Below, in pieces: positions 34,638-45,833 of a stretch of 64,000 bases of DNA. The notes below the pieces were generated by a model. It had not been told where the DNA came from, searched no databases, and was given only the letters and a program-made list of their open reading frames with translations. Numbering within the stretch: the stretch's first letter is position 1; every line of letters begins with the position of its first letter. Location: contig NW_024704742.1 in NCBI RefSeq assembly GCF_018977255.1, positions 22,322,001 through 22,386,000 of the forward strand, read 5' to 3'. Source of the DNA: Callorhinchus milii (Eukaryota). The position numbers and the translations under genes are program-made.

Positions 34638-37600
34638 TTTAGTTGCTGTTCAAGTGGGTAATAAGGATTTCCCTTAAATACACCTGGAAGTTGTGGCCTC
34701 CCAATGTGCCAATGGAATTGGATTCATTTGCCACGTTAGGAACATGTGCTGTACAGGTTGCTGTTACGAATATCAATGCAATGACTCCATTATGTTCAAT
34801 AGGACTGGAAAGGTTTCCACCTGCCACAAACAACTCCTTGAACTTTAGCCATGAATAAGGGAATCTTTAAATTAATAAAATACATTTTAATGTAGGCAAA
34901 GTTGGATGACTGACCTTTGAAAGGCCACAGAGGTTTAGACAGCAAAGAAGCAATGAAGACTGGAAACAGGATAAATAACTTTCCGTTACACTGACTCTGA
35001 GTTGTTCTGTTTACCAAACCAAGTGGAATTGTTCAGCCTTATAGCATATAACACATGTTTAAAGTCTCTTTAGAGCCAACTTTATTTTCTATTTCTTCCC
35101 ATGTATTAGGAAGCATCCTTTGATTTTGCTACCTCATAACAAACATGATCGTAAAGAAACTCGAAATAAATCACTAAGAAGCATTTCCTGTAAATAAACA
35201 ACATTTAACAGCCCATTTAAATGGAAAAGTTTACTATGCCATCTCCATGAACAGACTTAAGAAAACCATGTCAGTGCAATACAGTTTGTGAATTCCAGTT
35301 TGAAGGCATTTCCCAAATTGTGCAGTGAGCACTAGGATCAGCCACTGGATACAATCCTGTTTCTCCTCACAATATAATGCGATCAATGATTTTTGAGGGG
35401 GAATTTGATGAAGTCATACTGAGACATTGGGGTAAAATTGTTTTTCTATAGCTTACAAATGCTGTCTAAATACTTTATGGATATATTATTTTCTCTCATG
35501 AAACCACAGGAAAAACATGACCTCAACACGACTGGGACAATATTAATTTATAATGCTTACTTATTATTAAGGCCATTATTGATAAGACTATTAACAACAT
35601 TCATACATTATGCATACTTAATATTATTAAAATATATTTATTGTGAAGTGGATATAGTGTTACTTGAAGGCTACTTTGCCAATTCTATGATTGTCTGACA
35701 GTATGATAGATTGCTCTAACAGCTCACATTGAACACACAAGACATATACTGCATGCCGAGCTGATACTTATAAACAATTATGCATCTTTTATCATTAACA
35801 GGAGCAGCAAAGCAATTTCAAATAGCATTGATTTTAGTTAAAACTACTTGCGTTTACATGAAACAATCAGTACATATACTGTACATTATTCTGCCTGTTC
35901 TCACCTTTAAGGTTCTTATTGCTATGGTTTGTCCTCTAGAAAGTACCGAAACAAGTCCTGAAAGGACAATGGTACTGAACAATATTTTCCTGAAATAGAT
36001 ACTGCTATAATGTAGTACTTTGAGACCTGACAGCTCTCCTCTCTCCTGAGTTCAAGTAGTCAGCCAATGTCTACTGCTTCATTTAACACATGTTAAAACT
36101 TACCCAAACTTCTAGACAAGTTTTAATTGCCAGTCAATGCTGGGATTTGAATGTGCAATCGCCTGGTTGAAAATGTAGCTCTGGAATACATGAAATATGA
36201 ATCCCAAAACTTCAATTCTGGTACTTCACTTTAGGGACTGGATAGTCCTGAGAGTTAATTCAATATTGCTGGCTCAATTTTCTTAGTGAACAACATAACT
36301 ATTTTCAAACTGAAGATAGTTATGTATACCCCAGATCTAACCTAATTTCAATTACAGCTTACAATTACAAAAATTATATAATTTAATCTTTGTTAACAGA
36401 GTAGGGAAACAGACAATTTGCAAAACTTAGCTAAGCTTTGAAAAGTGATATCCTCTTCCAGGAAGGAAAATCTCCTCGAATAACTCTAAGTCAACACTCC
36501 TTGGTATGGTGATTGCAGCATTTGGCCATTTATGCACACATCAATGTTAATCTTGACTTCCATACCAGCATGTATAACCACACTGATTCTTTCAATGGCA
36601 GCAATGGAAGGAATAGATTGAGTTGAAAAGTTACAGAAGCACTGGACATCTGTTGTAACATGGAAGGGAAAGCAAGAGCACAGGAATGCTCTTCACCTGT
36701 GGCACTACGTGCATCCTCAAAAACACAAAGATGTTTTCAGCAGCATTTGGGGTTTTGATAGAAATGCATGTAGGAAAACTTCTCAAACAACTTTTAATAT
36801 TGCTTCCAGGAAACAAAGATTTAATCCAAAAGTGACAACACTCACTTTGATCCTTCTCAGATATTTGGTGAAAGCATCGCTTAACTATAATTTCTCCATT
36901 CTTCAGCCCCTGTAAGCACCCGAGAACTAATTACAAGTGTGTGGAACAAATAGAAGATAGCAACACGTTACTGGAATGCAACCGTGCGCAGATCTGTACA
37001 GTTTCAAGTCTGAACTGTAAATAAATCAGATTATAATATATGTATAGTATGGTGGCAAATTAAATAAAATTTATCATTAACATGTATACATTTATTTCAA
37101 ATTGAAGTGCCAAAGCTCTTGTACATCTTTGTTCAACCGTGAAACAGTGCATTTTTACCTTGGAGTGAAGAAAGCATTTTAGTATGTCATAGTATCTGAT
37201 ACGCTTTCCTTAATGGCAAAAGACTTATTGGTTGTCCCATTTTGCTCATTCACACTTTCACCACTCCATTGCTAACACATGTATACCAAATGAATTGTAT
37301 AGAAATTCTGAACAGCATTAGATTGTATCTCCGTTCGTGAATTTCTGAAGTAACTGCTGACAGACAGACAATAAGTTGCCTTTCTCCTCATATTCCTTCT
37401 TCTATATCTTTGTATCTTTCCGGCTTTCAGTGAAATTATACTTCTATCTTTCTACAGATCTCATTTACAATTGCAAATTGCAAAAAATAGACGTAGATCT
37501 GTTTATCCCCTCTATTTCTGCTCTTTTTCACATTTGAAGCTTTTTCTTGTTACATTTAATATTGTTTCTGAGTTCTTGGCCTTTCACGTAAGTAAACCAT

Positions 37601-38559
37601 GACCTCACTTTTTTTTGCTTTTAGTCAGTTTCTGTTGCCTACCTTTTCGTTTTTGAACCTCTGCTTTTTAACTTCCACTATTAGACACAAGACTTCTGTT
37701 TGAACCACTTTTTCTTCTGTTTTTCATTCTGAACTGAGCACTTCCACTCTTGTCTCTACCACACAGCTTCTCTGCATCTGCTCTCTTGGTCAGGTTAACA
37801 GTGGGGCACATCAGCCCTATTCTGAACTGCAGCACATCAGTGTCAGAATTTATCAACCTTCTCTGCTCCTTTCTCCTTCACAATTTCACTTCCAATTTCT
37901 TAATATTGCAAGTTAGCAGATCTTTGTATTTTAAAATTTATTTTAACCAGTAGAGGGCAGTATTATCTGCCCAGTTACTCAAAGAAATACAAATAAAAAT
38001 GATCAACTGCAGCAACAATCATTTCCACACCTGTAACGGGTAATATGGCTCCTCCTCATCCTACTTGTGTACGCACTGGACCTACCATTGATTGTTTAGA
38101 TCTAAAGGAGAATGCTCTGGTAAATAAGGATGAGGAGGACTGATGAAGAGGAGATGGAAAAGATTGAAGACTGAGTAAAAGGACACAGAATAGACCAAAT
38201 CAGAGGAAACTACCTGATCAACAAAATAAAGATTTCAGAAAACCCTAGACAGCAAGACCTTTAGAAAAGCAAACATTAGGGATATGAAGGATGACCTTAG
38301 TGCCATAGACAGAGGTACTACTGAAGAATAAATTAGTTGAGAATAAATGGACAGATTAAGAGAAAATAAAGAAAAATATTTTGGGGAGAAAGTAATGGAT
38401 GACCAATGGCTGAACATAAAGACTACACAGATACAAGAAGAGGTGAACAAAGATATGAGGGGAGTCTAGAAAAAAAATGTATAAGGTCAGAGCAGCAGAT
38501 GAAAAACATAATGCTGAATACTTTTGCCAATAATATAAAAAAGGTAATCAGGGAAGGAG

Positions 38560-39320
38560 TTAAAACTCTAGAGGTTACAAACAAGGTTGAAAAAAAAGGA
38601 CCAACAGGTTACAGCAAATATATGAAATTACGTCTTTCAGGAGATTTTTTTAAAATCATGCTGTCAAACATAATATGTATTGTTTGAGCTCCAGGACTTT
38701 GACATCAGTGAGGCTGGGGTTCTAGTTAGGTTCAACAGGCTGAAACCAACAAAACTCCTTCGGACTGATGAATTGTATCCCTGGGACGGATGAACTGTAC
38801 CCCAGGGTACTTAGGGAGACAAGGCAGGTGATTTATAAAGCACTGACAGACATCACGAAGAAGTCAATCACCACTTGGTGAGGTTCCAACGGACTGGAGG
38901 CAAACAAATGCGTTTCCCATATTCAATGTTGACAGAGCCTTACCTGCCATCAATAGACCCATTCGCCTGATCTCAATTGGAAAACTAATGGAATCAGTCA
39001 TGACAAGTTAAACAGATTATCCTTATAAAAATAATAAATGACAGCCAACATTGCTTTAGAAAGGCTGGATCTCATCTGAACAGCCTCATAGAAATTTTCT
39101 AAAGAGCTCACACAGGGCAATTTGACCCTAGGAGGTCATTAACATAAGAGTACTATGTAGTGTAATGCAGAGGAGAGTAACAGCATTGATCCTCATTGCT
39201 GGGAGTGATGAGTTATGAGGAATGATTAGATAAATTAAACCCAGAATAATACTTTGATACACCAAGAAAACAAGACAAGAGGGCACTGGATCAAGGTTGC
39301 GAAGTAAGGGCCTTTACAGT
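38560..39320 (+). mobile_element. Degraded, internally deleted CR1 LINE ORF2 (copy at ~61000-61760)
   Basis: Colinear remnants of PRVLRE, GEVPTDWRQTNAFPIF, NRPIRLIS.GKLMES, NDSQHCFRKAGSHLNSLIE, then a jump to SYEE*LDKL and TRGH. Confidence 0.8.
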
Positions 39321-39719
39321 TGGTCTTTATACACAAAATAATCTCCCTTATTTTAGGGTTTTAGAGGTATACGTTTGTGGCCCAAAATTGGAGAAAATCA
39401 AGGGGAAAAAATTGTAAATGTCAGTGAAAACTGGTAAAAAAAAATATCTGCCACTGATTTATATTTTCTGTCCACATTAAAGGTAAGCAAAGAACATCAC
39501 AATTTGAGCACTACAAACAGCTGCTTCACTCTGAGATTGCTGGCAACAAATGTGAGAGGCTCTGTACAAGATGCAGAGATCAGCGGGCAGTGTGCAATCT
39601 GTGCAGCCCCAGAAGCTCCCCAAGAAGTAAACTTGTATTCTACCCATTAATTCCCAGCTTCCCCAACTTTTTACCTCGCAGTGATTCCACCTACACGATT
39701 CATTTTCGACCTAATTTTG

Positions 39720-40210
39720 TCCTCCAGGAGTCCATCCAATCCATGGCAACTGTTTGGAACCCGTATCAGGTATTTGGCTTCCGTGCAGTCCGTGGCCAGT
39801 ATATGGTGACGATGCGAATCGTCTGGAATCTCTGCCACCCACGCATGGCGCCTGGAGTCCTTGCGAGGCTTCTGGCATCCTTGAATTTTTTGTGAGGCAT
39901 TTGTTCGTGTAAGGTGTCTGGCGTTCATGCTATTTTCATAAGATGGCTTGGGTCCATGCTTGGCAGCTGGAGTCCGTACAGTCTCCACCCTTGCAGTCTG
40001 CACCAGAGGTTTATAGGCTGAGCGGTTCTTGTAAAACCCACGCGCGATGTCTGCAGTCAATGCATACCCTGGAGTCCGCACAGTCTACACGATGGGTCTG
40101 GAGTCTTCGCAAGGCAACAGTTTCAACTACACTGCTGGGGTCTGGGCTCCGTACTAGTTGTTTGGAGGCCGCTCAGACAGGCTGAGGATCCTGGAGTCCG
40201 TGCAAAGAGC
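39720..40210 (+). repeat. CpG-rich segment with dispersed CTGGAGTCCG(T/C)RCAGTC motif (copy at ~62160-62650)
   Basis: Near-exact or degenerate copies at about 39726, 39776, 39822, 39852, 39967, 40069, 40098, 40142 and 40191. Confidence 0.7.
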
Positions 40211-40249
40211 TGAACCTAAACAGTTACTTTCGGATGCTCCGACACAGCA

Positions 40250-40400
40250 ACATAAGAGAACACGAGTTTAGGATTGCAAAGACCAATGTCAGGACACAAA
40301 ACAGAAAGTTTCCCTTTACTGTGAGGTTAATTCCCAACTGGAACAGGTTACTATTACGGGTGGATGAGACCAGGACATTGGGACAGCATCGGAAAAGGAG
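40250..40400 (+). mobile_element. CR1 ORF2 C-terminal fragment
   Basis: REHEFRIAKTNVRTQNRKFPFTVRLIPNWNRL fits the CR1 terminal pattern RGH..KL.K...R...RK.FF+.RV+..WN.L. Confidence 0.7.
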
Positions 40401-40769
40401 GAGGCCATTCAACCCTCGAATTTTATGAGATCATTTCATGTTCTGCTATTTTATTGGGGGGGTTAGAGCACAAGAGCCCATTTTTTGGAAGGATGAGATC
40501 ATATATAGGCAAAAGACCCCTTCTTCATCCAATCTTGTGATCCTGGGCGAGTAACCGAAGACCACATTCTGTTGCAAGCAAAAGAGCGCAATAATGTCTG
40601 GCAATGGGATGGGTGGTGGGGGGGGTATTAGCCTGAGCTTCACAGAAGTAAATACTCTCATCTATCTACAAAAAAAAATCAGTCTTCAGGGGCGCAAACA
40701 AAAATATCAAACAAACGAGATGGTATTGCTTCAGCAGATGAGACAAACGAAATCAGTAAAGATGCAGCC

Positions 40770-41495
40770 TGTGTGTGTGTGTGTGAGTGTGAGTGTGTGA
40801 GTGAGTGAGTGTGAGTGAGTGTGTGTGTGTGTGTGAGTGAGTGTGTGAGTGAGTGTGAGAGTGTGTGAGAGTGAGTGAGTGTGTGAGTGTGTGAGTGTGT
40901 GTGTGAGTGTGTGAGTGAGTGTGAGTGAGAGTGTGTGAGTGTGTGAGTGAGTGTGTGAGTGAGAGTGTGAGTGAGTGTGAGTGTGTGAGTGAGAGAGTGA
41001 GTGTGTGAGAGAGTGTGTGTGAGTGAGAGAGTGAGTGAGTGTGAGTGAGTGTGTGAGTGAGTGTGAGAGTGTGAGTGAGTGTGTGAGAGTGTGAGTGAGT
41101 GTGTGAGTGAGAGAGTGTGAGTGAGTGTGTGAGTGAGAGTGTGTGAGTGAGTGTGTGAGTGAGTGTGTGTGAGAGTGTGTGAGTGAGTGTGAGTGTGAGT
41201 GTGTGAGTGAGAGTGAGTGAGAGTGTGAGTGAGTGAGTGAGTGAGTGTGTGAGAGTGAGTGAGTGTGAGAGTGTGTGAGAGAGTGTGAGTGAGTGTGAGT
41301 GAGAGTGTGTGTGAGTGAGTGTGTGAGTGAGTGAGTGTGTGAGTGAGAGAGTGTGAGAGAGTGTGTGTGAGTGAGAGAGTGTGAGTGAGTGTGTGAGTGT
41401 GTGAGTGAGTGTGAGAGTGAGTGAGTGAGTGTGTGTGTGAGTGAGTGTGAGAGTGAGTGTGAGAGTGAGTGAGTGTGTGTGAGTGAGTGAGTGTG
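40770..41495. repeat. Compound (GT)n/(GAGT)n microsatellite
   Basis: About 725 bp almost purely of G alternating with T or A. Confidence 0.97.
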
Positions 41496-41554
41496 TACAC
41501 GGGTATACACAAAAAGACAAGTCAACCACAGGACATCTACCTGTAAAGCAGTCA

Positions 41555-41830
41555 CTGGCTCCGGCCCCGGGAGGGAGGGAGGGAGGGGGAGGGAGCACAG
41601 ACCCTGGTGATGGAGCAGTGCTTTCTCCCTGACGGTGCGGCACAGGCGCGACTTTTGAATTAATTGCAGCCGCTGTGCAGTTAGGACCCCCCTCCCCTCC
41701 CCCCCGGGGGGCGGTGCGGGACAGGGCGGGGACGGGGCGAGGCCGCGCCGCGGGACCAGTGGCCATCCCCGCAGGTGCGTTTGAATGTCGCGCCGAGGGC
41801 AGAGCTCGAGGCACAAACCCGACTTCTCAT
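41555..41830. promoter_or_regulatory. Small CpG island, candidate TTC29 promoter/5' region
   Basis: Most CpG-dense stretch of the window (GGACGGGGCGAGGCCGCGCCGCGGG, GC boxes GGGCGG), lying 5' of all copy-1 TTC29 exons on the minus strand. Confidence 0.55.
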
Positions 41831-41877
41831 TGCTCTACTGTTACTGTTTAAACACATCTGTACCTTAAACACCACCC

Positions 41878-42880
41878 GCACTGGGCCTCTCCCCCACTCA
41901 CTGGGCCTCTCCCCACACACTGGGCCTCTCCCCCACACACTGGGCCTCTCCCCCACACACTGGGCCTCTCCCCCACACTCACTGGGCCTCTCCCCCCACA
42001 CACTGGGCCTCTCCCCCCACACACTGGGCCTCTCCCCCCACACACTGGGCCTCTCCCCCCACACTGGGCCTCCCCCCCACACTGGGCCTCTCCCCCACAC
42101 ACTGGGCCTCTCCCCACACACTGGGCCTCTCCCCCCACTCCCACACACTGGGCCTCTCCCCCACCCCCACACACTGGGCCTCTCCCCCCACACACTGGGC
42201 CTCTCCCCCACACACTGGGCCTCTCCCCACTCACTGGGCCTCTCCCCCACACACTGGCCTCTCCCCACACACTGGGCCTCTCCCCCCCACACTGGGCCTC
42301 TCCCCCACACACTGGGCCTCTCCCCCCACACACTGGGCCTCTCCCCCACACACTGGGCCTCTCCCCCACACACTGGGCCTCTCCCCCCACACACTGGGCC
42401 TCTCCCCCACACACTGGGCCTCTCCCCCCACACACTGGGCCTCTCCCCCCACCCCCACACACTGGGCCTCTCCCCCCACACACACTGGGCCTCTCCCCCA
42501 CACACTGGGCCTCTCCCCCCACCCCCACACACTGGGCCTCTCCCCCACACACTGGCCTCTCCCCCCACACACTGGGCCTCTCCCCCACACACTGGGCCTC
42601 TCCCCCCCACACTGGGCCTCTCCCCCCCACACTGGGCCTCTCCCCCCCCACTGGGCCTCTCCCCCCCCCACTGGGCCTCTCCCCCCCCCACTGGCCTCTC
42701 CCCCCACACTGGGCCTCTCCCCCCACACACTGGGCCTCTCCCCCACACATGGGCCTCTCCCCCCACACACTGGGCCTCTCCCCCACACACTGGCTCTCCC
42801 CCCAACACTGGGCCTCTCCCCCCCCCACTGGGCCTCTCCCCCCCCCCCCCCACTGGGCCTCTCCCCCCCCCACTGGCCTC
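41878..42880. repeat. GC-rich minisatellite, unit ~19-22 bp CACTGGGCCTCTCCCCC(C)ACA
   Basis: Roughly 45-50 tandem units with variable C-run and CA length, running into the N gap. Confidence 0.97.
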
Positions 42881-42910
42881 NNNNNNNNNNNNNNNNNNNN
42901 NNNNNNNNNN
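42881..42910. other. Assembly gap (30 N)
   Basis: Run of 30 N. Confidence 1.
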
Positions 42911-45620
42911 GGCTCGTCAATGCAACCGCGTCGACCGAAAGGGAAAACTCGGTATCGCGAGTGAATCAAACCCGGCAGAGCGCTTGGCAGATGTATTCAT
43001 TGTTATTACTGTCTCCACTGCATATGCTAAAGTGCAGCCTATTTCTGGCGAAATACTGGAGGTCTTGATTCTACAAACTCAAAACAATCCTTTGACTTCC
43101 ACAATTTGGGTTGAGTAAGGAGTGAGGAAATACTACTTTTTTTCCTGTAGACTTTTAACACATGCTTGGCAAGCTTCCTGACAAGTTCAATGTCGGATTT
43201 TGATGTCAACTTATACTCACTAATAAACAGGTGGAGGTGGAAGCGATAGCAACTCCTGGGTTTTTCTGAAACTCTGCAATAGAGGTAATACGCATGATAC
43301 AATGCAACTTTCAACAGCTGTTTAATTTCAATCCACTTTCTAACCAGCTTTCCCTTTTGTAATATCTTTACAATCTCTCTCTCTCTTAGAACCTCAATTT
43401 AAACTTAAAAAGAAAGTGAGATCCACCAATCAAGTGCCCTGTTAGCCTAGTTCCTCCTCCCAGCGTTTTTGTGTCAAACATTCAGGAGCACTGGCACCTT
43501 CTGAGAACTTTTGAAGGTGCTGCTTACCTGACTGCTGGCTTCCTGAAACTGTTGCATATTAGTGAAAGGAGAACGGAGAATTTTTGTTCACTCAAGATAC
43601 AGTAGTTGTTGGGATGTGGAATACCCTGCCATAGATTTCCTCTTGTACTTCTTCCCTGGTCCACCATAGATTTAGTCTGATTGTTGTCCAGGTCTACTTT
43701 CTCCTGTTCCAGGCACAGTGGTCTTTTGCTATTGAAGAGGAAGTCTCTTTTACATCCCCTATTGATTTTGCAGTACATTAGGGACCTCAGAAGTCCTCTA
43801 CTTTGGGTAAGACCCCTGTGGCTTCAGAAAATGATACAGGAGAAGAAAAGCTTAGGGCAGGAAAGGGGATTTTACAACTAATGATGGGCGCAAATACATT
43901 TCAAATAAAACTGATGGATAACATTTTGAAACTGCACGACAACTTCAAAGATGCACTATCAATTCTCTGGAGATAAGGCTTTGGCTGGTCAGGGTTGCAG
44001 TCTGATCTTCCTGATGATGATCTTCATTCAAAGCAAATCTTCCATGTCGGGCAAAAAAACATTTCTCTGGAACAAGTTGAGGAGGTTCCTTTCTGGATCT
44101 TCCCTGGATGTTTCAGATGATGAGATTCCATTCTGTCTGTTCAAGTGGGTGTTAAAGTCCCACAGCACTTTTCAAAAAGAGAAGGCAGTTTTTCCCAGTG
44201 TGTTGGCCTAATTCCTCCGATACAATTGGTCATTCACTTCATGACTGTTTGTGGGAGATTGCTGTATGCAAATTTAATGCTGTGTTCACCTACAAATAAA
44301 TAGTCACTACACCTCACAATAAATCCTGTGAAAAATTTTCTGCAACTTTTCATCATGAATACTACTGTATTACTAGACATTCAAAGCTTATCTAGCATCA
44401 TAGAGAGATGGGAGAAAAATTATAAAGCTAAATTATGCTCAATGTGCATTTAAAATGTCAGTGTGTGTCGCCTCTGCAATAGAAGTTCAAATCTTTAAAT
44501 GAATGGTACTTCTAAGAGAAATCTTTAAGAAACATCACTCTAGTCACATAATGACTTAAAGTCAGAAAGATCTCTTAAGGGTCAGCAGTAGAGGAATGCT
44601 AAGAGGTGTCATGAAAAGAGTCAGCTGTTTCCATCCTTTTGCATGGTACCCTTAGCATTCCTTTACCTTTGACTCTCAGAGGCCATTTAAACATCCTGCT
44701 ATGAAGTCATTACTAGAGTGAATTCAAAAGAACAGTTCTAGGTTACATAGGTCCTGAGAGTGCACCTAGTACATGTGCAGATTATGTCGTTTTGATAGCA
44801 TCATGAATGTTTTATAAGTCAGTATTTTTATATATAATGAAAAGGTTTGACCTACTTCAATTGGCAGAAATGTTGGATTTAACTAACGTTGGACAACCGT
44901 GTATTACCGTGTATTGCTTTAGCCTAAAATAATAGGTCTGAACAGTACTCCAATTATAGTGAATATATATGGATCACTGACCCACCTTTATCTTGGTTTT
45001 CATCTTGAATTGTGATATACAAGAAAAATTAGCATTGATTAATGAACAATATTTTAATAAAGTCCTTATTAATTGTATATCATCTGCTTCCAGTTTTGGT
45101 TTTCTATTTTTGGTTGAGATACATAAGGTTCAATTGTAAAAACAGTTTATTTAAAAGGAGATCCTTAATTGTAAGTGTAAAAGAGAGTCCAGGATAAAGT
45201 TAGTGGACAGACACCAAATGTACTCACAAAGAGGATAAAAAAAGCTGCAAATAAGCAGAGACCTACTAAACTGTCGACTCTTCCTGCCACCACTGCAGAA
45301 GTAATGTTTCTAACCTTTATTTGCCCATAAGGTCATTTTTAGAGGTTCAACAAACATTTAATTTTCATTTTCAAAAGCTTTATTCTCACCCAGGATTAGT
45401 TTTCTTAAACGCTCACTAATGCAATAACCAGACTTGAGCGACTTGACATCTTGCAGTTTCTGGGATTATATATGCAGGAACAGTACATTAGCTCTAGCTG
45501 TCTTTGAAATTCACGGTAAAATAATCACCCAGTCAAATGCACAATGATTTTCAGTCTACTCTAGGGAGAAAAAGGGCTAGCACATAAAAAGGAGAAACCA
45601 AGAGTGTTATTTCCACCCAC

Positions 45621-45833
45621 CTTCCTTAGCTATTTCAAAAGCTTTTATGAGAGTTTTGATTGCCTCTCTGCGTTTGTCACATTCAAGCATTTTGTCTGCT
45701 AGCAACGTGTAAATCCTCCAGAGATTCTCACAGGCCTGTGCGTAGTGACTACAGCCATCCTCATCCTGCCACGGCTTTTCCACAGAGAGTTGATAGAATG
45801 CCTCATAATGCTCAACAGCTTTATTCAGCTGAC
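45621..45833 (-). CDS. TTC29: TTC29 coding exon (213 nt), copy 2, intact
   Basis: Same translation and splice sites as 23237-23449. Confidence 0.92.

Larger units (their letters stand above)
20590..41524 (+). repeat. Copy 1 of a ~21-kb near-identical direct duplication
   Basis: GCTTGGCAGATG at 20590 matches 42982 and AAAAGACAAGTCA at 41524 matches 64000; ORF lists repeat with a ~22.4-kb offset. Confidence 0.98.

Noticed and set aside
37300..37950. Coding-like purine-rich minus-strand stretch, possibly a LINE ORF1 remnant
   Set aside because: Multiple stops and no diagnostic motif I could identify.
39738..39752. RFX X-box for a ciliary gene (CCATGGCAAC)
   Set aside because: Only a half-site match, inside a repeat-like patch and outside the CpG island.
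40679..41816. His/Ser/Thr/Leu-rich ORFs (also 18093-18752 and 63197-63996)
   Set aside because: Translations of compound dinucleotide microsatellites.
41878..42880. CRISPR-like array
   Set aside because: No unique spacers and no cas genes; a plain eukaryotic VNTR.
41681..43118. Long ORFs (229-447 aa) rich in G/E/R/P/V or P/H/T/L
   Set aside because: Translations of the stop-free minisatellite; several read through the N gap.
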